Below, piece after piece: positions 10,783 through 21,246 of a stretch of 64,000 nucleotides of DNA (within the stretch, counting starts at the first letter, position 1; every line of letters starts with the position of its first letter). The stretch covers positions 32,733-96,732 of the forward strand of contig PDIP01000024.1 in assembly GCA_002811645.1 (NCBI GenBank). The letters are read 5' to 3'. The DNA comes from Corallochytrium limacisporum Hawaii (Eukaryota; Protista; Pluriformea). The notes beneath the pieces are model-generated. The model made no database searches and was not told the origin of the DNA. It worked only from the letters and a program-made list of their open reading frames with translations. The translations under genes were made by a program, and so were the position numbers.

Positions 10783-12519
10783 ACTCCGTGTGAGAGAGCG
10801 TCCATACCGCTGTGAGCGCGAGTAACTTGCAACCTACTTCACACATCTACAGGAACAGTCAGTGTAACTTTCTTCCATCCTTCAAATACCGAGTGGAAGC
10901 TGGCAAAGCACGAAAACTAAGGAGGACAGTCCGAACGGCACCGTGGCACCTTCCCAATCACCTAAAGTCTTTTCTTTGAACCTCTAAACTGGAAACCTAA
11001 TATACTCGTTAACTGTTAGTCCACTTGAATATGTCCTACCTTTCGACACACCCCTCCAACCGCTCTTTGGTCCATTTCCCTTTGAATTGTCGATCACCTT
11101 GACGGACTACGGAAGGCGTGTAAGAGAGGGACTGGGAACATAAATGGTCTAAAGATTATCCCAAAATCCTTAGCCAAGGGCCCCCGGGGGGGGGGGGTGG
11201 AGGCCCTCGTGCCAGTCCCAATCTGCCTTTTCCCTCTCTTTAGAGAACACAGTACCGGCTGAGTGGTCTGTTAGTCGGTTGGTTGGATAGGGCGGTGCAA
11301 GGTTGGGCGGAGAAGGGAAGGAGGAGGTGGAAAAGTTCTGCGGCTTTGTCCCGGTCTGCCCCTCCTCTGCTGCTAATGGAAATCTGTCGACGTCTCCCAT
11401 CCCTGGGAGGCACACGGTACTCACCACACTATTGGAAACCGTTGCTGGTGTCCCCTGCTCACCGCCCAGACAATGTTGCTCTTTGGGTAAGTGTGGGGCC
11501 ACCGTGACCGCCGTCGGAGGATTCATTCCATACATTCTCTCGCAGGTCCGCCTCCGACAACATCCCGCTGACCAGCTAAGTGCAACCCAGTAATAATAGT
11601 AGCACTACAAATACAGGAATGGGAAGGAAGTATTTTTTTTTTCTTCTTCGTCCCATCACTCCCCCTCCTTCAGACCCATACCGCGGAGTGGTCACGACAC
11701 GCTTTACCGCAGTAGAACCGCTTGTGTTTACTATGAAGTCGTGTCCACCAAGAACCATTGGGACGGTGGCGGCAGGCGGACCCCCGGCACCCATCATCCG
11801 TCATACAGAATTCAATCATTTCATCAGTCGTCATCATTCATAGTGAATGTACCTGAAGCTGAGGACGGCCAGGGGTCGGTCCCGACCTGGGAGGGTGGCG
11901 TTGCGAGAGAAATAAAATTTTCTTTCGGCCTCGGGCCAGACAAATGAAGCAAGCAAATCTTGGGGCCTTTGAATGAGTATCGAAGGTCGGTGTTTTGGGA
12001 ACGGGATTTGGGTGGCCGGGGGTGGGGGGGGAGGTAACTCTCTATCCGCTCCTGAGTTTCCTCGTAGTAACATTTACTATGCGACGATATCAAAGGCCTG
12101 GGGAGAGCGGGTGAAAATTTTTCTCGTGCCCTGCTTTCCCGGGACCGCCGAAGCGTTGCCCACTCTTAACTGGTTTTGTATAGTAAAACAACCGCCTTTC
12201 CCTTTGGATTCTGCGGACGAGTTGGAAACGCCGGAAGGAAATAAGGAGGGCATCAACCGCCCTACGACTCTGGATGGTTACTACAGACCATAGGTACCGT
12301 GTTCGAACGAGGCGGTGGTATGCGTGTCAAAGAATTTACCATGGGCAGCAACAAAGAAGGTATTGAAAAGCATTAATTCGTTTTCTTACAGGTATCAATA
12401 CCAAATCGTAAACTTACCTTCGGGACCTGGACAGCGTCCTCTTCCATATTGAAAGCGATTGAATTAAAACATACCAAGGAAATCCTGTAGTGGTGGGTTG
12501 TATTGGTTCTAATACAGAT

Positions 12520-13560
12520 ATGACAGAGTCAAACGGTACAGAGACCGTAAACAAAAAGAGCCATGGCTACAGGTTCAAACAGCAGAAACTACCCGCGTGG
12601 CAGCCTGTGCTGACTCCTCGGACTGTCATTCCCATCTTCTTTCTCCTGGGAATTATTTTCCTGCCCATTGGCATTGGTATGCTTGTAAGTAGCAATGACG
12701 TTGTGGAAAGAGTAATTGAGTACACAAATTGTACACCAACTGGGTCGGACACTCCGTGCTCTGAGACAATCAGCGGCAATCCCACTGCGACCTGTACGTG
12801 CGATGCGGACCAACTGTCGTTCACTCTGGATTCGGACATCAACGAAGAAGTGTATGTGTACTACCAACTCACGAATTTTTACCAGAACCACCGTCGCTAC
12901 GTGCGCTCTCGGGACTATAGCCAGCTTAAAGGTGACGACATTGCTATCGGTGCCTTAAACAGCGACTGTGACCCTATCAGGGACGTAACACTAGATAACG
13001 GGACGCTAGCCAACTACGCTCCCTGTGGTCTGATCGGTGATTCTCTGTTCAATGATACCTTCACTATGTCCGGACCAAATGGAGCAGCAGTCACTCTGGC
13101 AGCCAATGACATTGCCTGGCAGTCGGATCTGGACGAACTATTTAGCAATCCGACCACCTTTGACGGCACGGTGCCACCGCCGGCTTACAATGACGTGCCG
13201 ATTGTCGACTTAGACCATGGTTCTGGTACCGGCTACGAGAACGAAGACTTTATCGTTTGGATGCGTGTGGCGGCACTTCCCACTTTCCGAAAGCTCTGGC
13301 GCCGTATCCCTGACGGTTTGGCTGCTGGTACCTACACGATCACCATGGACTACACATTCGACAGCACCGCCTACAGTGGCGAAAAAAGCGTAATTGTCTC
13401 CACCACCTCTTGGATTGGTGGCAAGAGTGACTACCTTGGCATTCTCTACATGGTCACTGGCTCTATTCTGATTCTGATGGGAGCTGGTCTTGCCATCCAC
13501 AATGCTGTTCGGCCACGCAAGTTGGCTGACCATCGCTACCTCAAGTGGAACCCCAAGTAA
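12520..13560 (+). CDS. CDC50: CDC50/LEM3/TMEM30 P4-ATPase flippase beta subunit
   Basis: FKQQKLPAWQPVLTP, YYQLTNFYQNHRRYVRSR, PCGLI, NEDFIVWMRVAALPTFRKL, two TM helices. First ATG is at 12520 (the track start at 12490 is a GTG). Confidence 0.96.
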   Translation: MTESNGTETVNKKSHGYRFKQQKLPAWQPVLTPRTVIPIFFLLGIIFLPIGIGMLVSSNDVVERVIEYTNCTPTGSDTPCSETISGNPTATCTCDADQLSFTLDSDINEEVYVYYQLTNFYQNHRRYVRSRDYSQLKGDDIAIGALNSDCDPIRDVTLDNGTLANYAPCGLIGDSLFNDTFTMSGPNGAAVTLAANDIAWQSDLDELFSNPTTFDGTVPPPAYNDVPIVDLDHGSGTGYENEDFIVWMRVAALPTFRKLWRRIPDGLAAGTYTITMDYTFDSTAYSGEKSVIVSTTSWIGGKSDYLGILYMVTGSILILMGAGLAIHNAVRPRKLADHRYLKWNPK

Positions 13561-13872
13561 CAGACTTTAAATATTTCAAACCAAACATAAGGTTCCTGTT
13601 GTCCATCCTCAACAAAGTATGACTAATATATCATATCCCAACATCACAATCATTCTTCGGCAGTCACATGTATCCCATGAAAACGGAATTGTTATGGATT
13701 CGTTGGAAACTCTTTTGGAAGTTCGATGTATTGTATGGACTATGTATTATGTGACAAATAAAAACAAAACTTACGAGTTATGCTTGAACGGATGGATGTG
13801 AAGATATGGACGTGAAGACGAAGTTGAGTACTGTGGATGACTAAATTTTGATACCTGATCAGTGGAACCTAA

Positions 13873-14535
13873 TCATCGACTACCGTGGAATGCAATTGGC
13901 GGTGCATCAATCTCCACACTAGCCAGTGAGTCCATTGATGACGACATGGCACACTCCAAGTTAATGGCACTGTCCGCGTCATCATCTTCTTCGTGTTCTT
14001 CTTTAACTGCCGTGAGTGACGAGTACGAGGACTCCTCATCCAACGGAAGCAGGTGGTACTGATTAGTCTCAGAGAAGCGTACACTGTTGCTGACACGACG
14101 CCTCTGTGGCCGTGACGGGCATGACTCGTACCACCTGCCAGTAAAGACAATTGTGGTCAGTGCAAACATGCAAATAGTCACACTAAGGCTGATGCCCAGG
14201 TATACTTTAAAATGTGGCTGAGATTTCAGAGACTGCATTGTTTTCAGGAAACGACGATGCAGACTGTGGTCTTCGTCTTCATCCAAATATTCGGCCTGCG
14301 GACTTGGGTTGGCCATATGCCGCAGCTTTTCACCGCTCCAACCACCAGGAGTTGTGGTGAAAAGCAGAGACGTCAAGATTGTAATACAGCACAGCAGTAC
14401 CACAATCAAAACAATGTACTTACTATTCGCAGTCAACGACTTATTTCCGTCTATCCGTCGATGGATTCCGTGACTGGCAGATCGGCCCAGTCGGACGCCA
14501 GCCCGCAATAGTCTTTGCGCGGACAGAGCACGCAT
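13873..14535 (-). CDS. Hypothetical protein with two transmembrane helices and an acidic cytosolic tail
   Basis: ORF from ATG 14535 with two clear hydrophobic segments (YIVLIVVLLCCITILTSLLF; VYLGISLSVTICMFALTTIVF). No family recognised. Confidence 0.65.
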   Translation of the reverse strand: MRALSAQRLLRAGVRLGRSASHGIHRRIDGNKSLTANSKYIVLIVVLLCCITILTSLLFTTTPGGWSGEKLRHMANPSPQAEYLDEDEDHSLHRRFLKTMQSLKSQPHFKVYLGISLSVTICMFALTTIVFTGRWYESCPSRPQRRRVSNSVRFSETNQYHLLPLDEESSYSSLTAVKEEHEEDDDADSAINLECAMSSSMDSLASVEIDAPPIAFHGSR

Positions 14536-16338
14536 TTGTCTGATTCTTCGAGACTTTCTAAAACTTGTAAGCCCTAAATGTAAACCAACCACTTACTCCA
14601 GAATTAACTCCCCTTTTTTCTAACCCGGGTGCTTGTTGATCAAATACAAATATCCGTGGTAAAGATTCTCAAGACATATTCTGTACCCGACAGGAAAAGT
14701 CAAGTCTGTTCCCTTTGTGCAAAAGAATCGTGTTGTTGCTTTAATCTTACGTACGGTTTTGTCAAGTAGTATTTAAGACAACACATGGTTGAGAAATACC
14801 TTATATCCAATAACTACACAAAGTAAAAATTGTCTAAGCTGCGCAACCATGTGCGCCATGAAAAATAAATGCCAATTAATGCATTCGCGACCGTACGGGC
14901 TTCCCAAAGATATGAAACAAGCAAGCAGCACCGCTCCGTGGTGCACAAACTCCCGAAGCCTCTGGGAAGGGGAAGGCTCGAGAAATTAAGGACCGGAGAG
15001 GGGGGAGGTGTTTGCGTCCGGTAGAATTGTGTGTCTTTGCGCTGACGCTGCCTCAGTTTTCGGGCGAAGACGAATGGCTTCCGAAAACGACTTGGGGCGC
15101 CTTCACAGGTGAGGAGGGGAAGGTTCGGGGAGAGAGGGGGAGGGGGGAGGGGGAAGCCGGGACTGTTGGACCCAAAAAACCTCCCCCCCACCCCTCCCAA
15201 GCCTTGCACATTCCAGAACGAATACAACCCACAGTGCCACCCCCCTCACCTTGTAAACAAAAAAAAAATATCAATGGGGAAGGGGAGAAGAGGGAGGAGA
15301 GTGTGCAAACAAACAAAAAAAAAAGAGTAAGGACAACCCGTAAAAAGTTCCAAAACTCAGCGAACTGGGATGTAATCGAAACGCCAAGAGGAAAAAAAAA
15401 CAGAAGAAGTAATACGCTTCTTTTAGGAATGAATGTCTCGAACCCCCGCGACCCTTGGGTTCGTTTGTGGCAGTGTGCATTTGGGGGACGCGTGCGAGTG
15501 CGTAACGATTTGATGGATGGGTGCCCTGCAGCGTTTGGTGGGTTCGCCGCCGGAGAAAGACGAGAGTATCCTTTTTTTTGTTTGTGCATCAAACCTGAGC
15601 ATCTTGTCTGATACTAATGCTATACTTGGACGGCGGTTGATGATGGGAGAGTTGGTCATTGATGATGGCTGATGGCTGATGATGATGCGCGGTTGTGTTC
15701 CGTTGGTGGTGGTGGGTTTCGGTGGTGCGGTCCGTAGCTGGGACCGGAAGCACCGGTTCAAATTTGTGTCGCCATATTTCTTTTTTGTCCTGCTCCTATC
15801 CTTCGTTCCCTTTTTTATGCAAACAACAGCCCACGTTCACAGAAGCGAGCAGTTTTTGGCTCGTCCTCTCCCTTCCTTTTTTTTTTCCTCCCCTTTCTCG
15901 GAGCCACACGGAGAGAGAGAGAGACCGCTTTTTTGCCCCGGAAGGAGGGGGAGGGGGGGGGGTTTTTTGTGGATCGGCATTGATGGAAGGGTCTCTCGGT
16001 CGTGCAAAATTTCCAGGCTTTAACACAGGAAAAAGTTGTGACGTGTGAATAGTGCTACCCCTTGTGCCAGGGAATTGAATGCACACAACAACACCAAACG
16101 GACAGCGGATCAAAGAACAGCAAGACACAATCCGACAACTATCGGCAAGACTCGTTCGAAAAGATTTCAGACCAGAACGTAAGGTTTGGTCCGGGACGTT
16201 TGTAACAGACACACACACACCTCAAAGGGTATTTAAGTGTGATCCGTCGGCCCCCACCACTACAGTGATCACCTGCACAACTCATTCCCATTACTTCATT
16301 CAAACTCAGTTAGTCCATAACTAAAAAAACACATAACC

Positions 16339-18114
16339 ATGGATTTCGAAAGCCCCATTGTTACCGCCGCCATGGCCTCGGCCGTGACTGCTGCCGTGTT
16401 CATGATGGCCAGCAACAAGAAGCGCAAGGTCTCCACCCGCACTCAGATTAAGAAGGCTGGTGACGGTAAGCCCAACATGCACCTGTGCAACCACACCAAG
16501 ATCTTCAAGGAGCAGGTCATCAAGGTCACCGACGACGTCTACGTCGCTGTCGGCTACGCCTTGGCCAACACCATCATGATTGAGGGCCCCAAGAGCATCA
16601 TCATCATCGATGTCGCTGAGTCCGAGGACGCTGCCCGGGACGTTATGAAGGAGTTCCGCAAGATCACCAAGAAGCCCGTCGGTGGTGTCATCTACACCCA
16701 TTTCCACTCCGACCACATTGGTGGCACCAACGTGTTCCTGGAAGAGGCTGAGGACCGCAATAAGGTCCCCATTTGGGCCCACGAGACCACCGGCCAGCGT
16801 ATGCTCCAGTTCGGTTCTGTCATGGCCCCCATTGCCTACTACCGTGCCGCCCACCAGTTCGGTACCTTCTTGAGCCCCCCTGCCCTGGAGAACTGCGGTA
16901 TCGGTCCCAAGATTCGTGTCGGCAAGGATGAGAAGATTTCTCTGGTTACCCCCACTCACACCTACAAGGGCGAGCACAAGGACATTGTTATCGATGGTGT
17001 CAAGCTGCGCCTGGTCTACGCTCCCGGTGAGACTGATGACCAGACCGTCGTCTTCTACGACAAGGGCCGCGTTCTGTTCGCTGCTGACAACTTCTACGAG
17101 TCCTTCCCCAACCTGTACGCCGTGCGCGGTGTGCCTAACCGTGACACCATGCAGTGGGCCCGCTCCATCGACATCATGGCAAAGACCATGCCCGATGTCA
17201 TGGTGCCTTCCCACTCTCTCCCCGTTGAGGGCCGGGATGAGATCCAGCGTCGCCTGCAGAACTACCGTGATGCCATTCAGTTTGTGCATGACCAGTCCGT
17301 GCGCCACATGCTGAACCGCCGCCACCCCGACGAGATCTGCTCTCTGGTCCAGCTGCCCAAGCACTTGGCCACCGAGGAGTACCTGAAGGAGTTCTACGGT
17401 ACTGTCGGATGGAGTGCTAAGTCCGTGTTCGCCGGTTACCTCGGTTGGTTCTCCGGTTACGAGGAGGATCTGTGGAAGCTGACCCCCGGTGACTATGCTG
17501 ATCGCATTGTCAAGATGGTCGGCAGCACTTCCAAGGTGCTGGAGGAGGCTGAGGAGGCCTTCGCTAACAACGATTTGCAGTGGTGCCTGGAGCTGTGCAC
17601 CTACCTGCTGCGCCACGACCAGGGTGATACCAAGCGGGCTCATGACCTGAAGATCGAAACCCTTCTCAAGCTGGCTGACACTCAGATCTCTGCCAATGGT
17701 CGCAACTGGTACATGACCACTGTGGCTCGCCAGAACGAGGGTCTGGATATTGTTGTGCCCCAGGACGCTCGCGACGACGCCATGGTCAACATGCCCCACA
17801 CTGCCATGTGGTCTGCTCTGCAGGTCCGCCTGAAAGCCGAGGACGTCGAGGGCAAGACCAGTTCTCTGTGCTTCAAGCTGAGCAACCCCAACTCTTCCTG
17901 GACTCTGTTCATCCGCAACTCTTGCCTTCACTTCGTCGAGAAGGGTGACGAGAACGCTGACATCGTTGTTGAATGCACTGACGAGGCTCTTCGTCAGCTC
18001 ATTGCGCGCCCCACTTCCATTGCCGGCAACTGGGTGTCTGGTGCCTTCCGCTTCAAGAAGGGCAACATGGCCAGCTTCGCTGCTTTCTTCGGTAACTTCG
18101 AGCGCGGTATCTAA
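16339..18114 (+). CDS. Alkyl/aryl sulfatase, BDS1/SdsA1 family (metallo-beta-lactamase fold + dimerisation + SCP2-like domain)
   Basis: YVAVGYALAN, THFHSDH (HxHxDH), APGETDDQ, FPNLYAVRG..R, PSHS, EFYGTV, YLGWF, NGRNWY, C-terminal SCP2-like domain. Very strong codon bias. Confidence 0.93.
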   Translation: MDFESPIVTAAMASAVTAAVFMMASNKKRKVSTRTQIKKAGDGKPNMHLCNHTKIFKEQVIKVTDDVYVAVGYALANTIMIEGPKSIIIIDVAESEDAARDVMKEFRKITKKPVGGVIYTHFHSDHIGGTNVFLEEAEDRNKVPIWAHETTGQRMLQFGSVMAPIAYYRAAHQFGTFLSPPALENCGIGPKIRVGKDEKISLVTPTHTYKGEHKDIVIDGVKLRLVYAPGETDDQTVVFYDKGRVLFAADNFYESFPNLYAVRGVPNRDTMQWARSIDIMAKTMPDVMVPSHSLPVEGRDEIQRRLQNYRDAIQFVHDQSVRHMLNRRHPDEICSLVQLPKHLATEEYLKEFYGTVGWSAKSVFAGYLGWFSGYEEDLWKLTPGDYADRIVKMVGSTSKVLEEAEEAFANNDLQWCLELCTYLLRHDQGDTKRAHDLKIETLLKLADTQISANGRNWYMTTVARQNEGLDIVVPQDARDDAMVNMPHTAMWSALQVRLKAEDVEGKTSSLCFKLSNPNSSWTLFIRNSCLHFVEKGDENADIVVECTDEALRQLIARPTSIAGNWVSGAFRFKKGNMASFAAFFGNFERGI

Positions 18115-18372
18115 GTTCATTCGAAACTTCACAGGGAAACTTGCGTCACGCACAATCAATAGGGTATTTGTTGGGAACAAATTCCACAGTTCTATCACCA
18201 CATTGCGGGCATGTTGATGATTCAGAGGAAGACTCAATCCTTCCCTTTCAATCAACCCGCGCGACCAAAAAAAACAATTGAGTAATGAAGTAATTATTAA
18301 GTATTATACTAACGACACAACATGCCAGCCTTCACAGACAGTTTGTCTTTCTTTGGACATGGAAAATGACCG

Positions 18373-21246
18373 CTACAGATAATCCCGAATGCTCATGCGT
18401 CGGACGCACCGCCACGCACTGCCGTCCGCGACACGGATCGACCAGACCGTATCGTGAACATTTGTCAGTCCAGCGTGACGATTAGACCGGCTATATCGCG
18501 CAATCGCCGAGTACGCATCAATCAGACCGGCCACCACAACCGATAGGAGCAGATTGACGCTGGTCATGTTCCAGACAAGGAAGAACATGCGACTTGCTTC
18601 GCCCATGACGGACGCGTACCCGTCCATGATAATGTACCAATTGTTAACAACCATCAGCTCCCACAAGGTTAGATAGCCTTGCATAATGTTGTCAAAGTTT
18701 GAAAGGTAGAAGAGACCGCTGGCCCCGTTCTCAGGATCGTAGTTGGGACCGCAACAGTTTGGGTAGACCTTGCCCGCAAACAGCTCCATGGCCAAGATGG
18801 CGACGGGGTAGAAGAACACCAGCATCGTCATAGCGTAGATGGCGGCTAGGGGCACAATGTTTAGGATGTCATCAACGAGATGGTTGCTGAAGGGAATGAT
18901 GCGGAATAGCCTGAAAAGTGGCATAGCTCGTAACATTTTGGCACGCCAGAACACGGGCCATTGCTCCAGGACTCGACCGATAAATGTTACGAGAACGACT
19001 CCAACGTCAAGGCGCAGTGTGATAGAATGAGCCGTCATTGTAGTGCCGTACACGGTTACGACAAATACTACATCCGTTAGGAGGATTAATATCAGGCTTC
19101 CGCTGACCCAGTTCATGGCGAGGCAAATGGTTTCGAGCGTTCTAGTTCCGTTTTCATCTTCAAGCGTACCATTGGTTCCATGACCGTGTGCTCCTGATCC
19201 ACCCTTCAATGCATCCCGACACACCTGCTCCACAAATATAGCCACCGCGTAGAGCACCACCGCCCCGCTCATAGAGTAGCGCCAGATGCGTGATCCGTGA
19301 ACGGAGCGGGCCCATGTTGCCCATGTACTGATCATGCGATGGAACCCGCTGCCGGTGTTCCTGTCCGTGTCGCTGTCCTCCTCGGAGAGCCTGTGTTCTC
19401 GAGCCCTGCTGAACGTTAGGCGGTGGACGCGGTACAGGGTCGCAAACTGTTCCCGTGTCAGGCTGTCCGGGAGCTCGCGGTGGCCGGCGCCTTCATTCAC
19501 GGGAGAGACGAGGATCTGCGAGGCGGAGTACTGTCCCGGCTGAAGGTAGCCCTCTTCCGAAGGGTCCGCAAAGTTCTGCCCGCTGTACATTTCCGCGGCC
19601 GTCGCATTGTCGCGGCTGTTAATGACATCCGCACGCCCAGACAATAGACGGTATAGAAGAATGTACCGCAATGGCTCTTGGAACGCTCGAGGGCTGGCCT
19701 CGAAGAGGGACGTTTGCGAACGATGCTGCTCTACAAAAGAGAGCAATGGGGACCGCTCTGTGAAGTTCTCGCTTTCCATTGCAGTGCTATGTTCGTGCTC
19801 GTACAGCTGCCGTTCTTGATCTGGTTGCCTCTGACGAGCCGCAATGCTTGCCGCGTGTTCCTCCTCCAGACCCTCTTGAATCATGCGGTACCGCAGCTCA
19901 TCTGTGACGTTCTCGTCACGCACATCCTCCGACAGGCGGTCGTCTCGGGACTTGTGGGTGCGCAATGCGGTATGGATGCCATTGTCGATCACTTCCATGA
20001 ATCGCGCGAAACGAGAAAAGGAGAGCGAGTCTCGTCCTTCCCGCGTCAGTTCGTCAAAGGCCGCGCTGAGCGCCAGCTGTCTGCGGTCTTCCAAGCGGTC
20101 CTGTTTGTCTTCAGATTCCTTGCTGTATCGTTCGTAGACAACTGCGATGAGCAGATTTTGGAACAGCAGAGTGGTCATTGCCACGAAAGAGACAAAGATC
20201 AGTACGTTCCACGGACTGTGAAGTTGTTCCTGGAGCATGATGTCGGGGTGGTTTGCGGTAGTGAGAAGGACGTAGAAGCTCAGAAAGCTCCTCCATAGAG
20301 TACCGTACCGTTCATTGTCGTAGGTCATGCCGTAGAGCACTTCTCCTGCGTAGGCATAGATTAGTATCGTGAGCAGCAGTACCACCACAAAACTAGAAAA
20401 GATCCGTACTGTCCTGAAGATATGTCGCAATGCCCTGCGCACGGGCGAAGCGTAGAATGGCCGGAGCATCAGGAATACTCGGCCAACGCGTGTGACACGT
20501 CGCCAGGAAAAGTGATCGCGCGGGTGGATATGACCCCAGAGCAAATTGAGACCCCCCCAAGCACAGTTCACGTATAATGCTACCAATGCAAGGATCACAA
20601 AGATCACAATCCGATCCTGGATCGTCGAGTGCCAACCCCGAGACATTATCTGCAGGCCGAGATCTGCAGTGAAGAAGAGCACAAGCGCCAATTCAATGCA
20701 GAGACTGGCGATTGGGCTCAAACTGCAGTAGGAAAGCCACGGTGCCCCTGTGTAAACGTTGTGCGGGGCTTCCAGGATCGATAGAGGGATATAGATCAGC
20801 ACAGCGATAAGTTGTGCCGTGTGCCAGCGCCAATTGGTATACAGCCCAAAGCATTTCATTGCCCACGCCGAGTCAAAATCGACAATAAAGGGCAGGTTTT
20901 GCTCGCCGGCGACAAAGAACACTGCAGCGCGGAGGAGGGCTTCGCGTTCGAACGGTTCCGACTCTTCAGATCCATTCAAATTGTTGTTTGTTGCTGAGGC
21001 GATACTGTCAGGAGTCGGAACAAGCGGGCTATTGGCCCCACGCATGGAGTTGTGTTTAGAAGGCATACGATCACGCTCTGACTGACGACGTGGAAGAAAC
21101 CCTTCCTCTGCGTCGTCGACCCTTAGTATTGGTGGCACTTGCCTGGGCCTGCGCGGTTGTGTGTCGCTAAAGCGGATTGACGAACGCTGTGAGCTGTTCT
21201 CCGAGCCCGTTGGTGTCCTGAAACTCGGTGAATCGAACTGTGACAT
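18373..21246 (-). CDS. TPCN: Two-pore cation channel (TPC)
   Basis: Two 6-TM repeats with pore loops LLTTANHPD and ELMVVNNW, an Arg-rich S4 segment and an EF-hand-like linker remnant. First in-frame ATG is at 21246 (track start 21312 is a GTG). Confidence 0.92.
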   Translation of the reverse strand: MSQFDSPSFRTPTGSENSSQRSSIRFSDTQPRRPRQVPPILRVDDAEEGFLPRRQSERDRMPSKHNSMRGANSPLVPTPDSIASATNNNLNGSEESEPFEREALLRAAVFFVAGEQNLPFIVDFDSAWAMKCFGLYTNWRWHTAQLIAVLIYIPLSILEAPHNVYTGAPWLSYCSLSPIASLCIELALVLFFTADLGLQIMSRGWHSTIQDRIVIFVILALVALYVNCAWGGLNLLWGHIHPRDHFSWRRVTRVGRVFLMLRPFYASPVRRALRHIFRTVRIFSSFVVVLLLTILIYAYAGEVLYGMTYDNERYGTLWRSFLSFYVLLTTANHPDIMLQEQLHSPWNVLIFVSFVAMTTLLFQNLLIAVVYERYSKESEDKQDRLEDRRQLALSAAFDELTREGRDSLSFSRFARFMEVIDNGIHTALRTHKSRDDRLSEDVRDENVTDELRYRMIQEGLEEEHAASIAARQRQPDQERQLYEHEHSTAMESENFTERSPLLSFVEQHRSQTSLFEASPRAFQEPLRYILLYRLLSGRADVINSRDNATAAEMYSGQNFADPSEEGYLQPGQYSASQILVSPVNEGAGHRELPDSLTREQFATLYRVHRLTFSRAREHRLSEEDSDTDRNTGSGFHRMISTWATWARSVHGSRIWRYSMSGAVVLYAVAIFVEQVCRDALKGGSGAHGHGTNGTLEDENGTRTLETICLAMNWVSGSLILILLTDVVFVVTVYGTTMTAHSITLRLDVGVVLVTFIGRVLEQWPVFWRAKMLRAMPLFRLFRIIPFSNHLVDDILNIVPLAAIYAMTMLVFFYPVAILAMELFAGKVYPNCCGPNYDPENGASGLFYLSNFDNIMQGYLTLWELMVVNNWYIIMDGYASVMGEASRMFFLVWNMTSVNLLLSVVVAGLIDAYSAIARYSRSNRHAGLTNVHDTVWSIRVADGSAWRCVRRMSIRDYL

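Noticed and set aside
11255-11330. A-box-like ggctgagtggtct suggesting a tRNA
   Set aside because: No B-box/T-arm or acceptor stem follows.
15012-16218. 100-200 aa ORFs in the divergent intergenic region
   Set aside because: Translations of homopolymer-rich promoter DNA (poly-G/P/K/F) with no protein-like composition.
16321-18255. 644-aa antisense ORF opposite the alkyl sulfatase
   Set aside because: A shadow of extreme codon bias: the sense frame avoids TTA/CTA/TCA. It has a non-ATG start and no recognisable domain.
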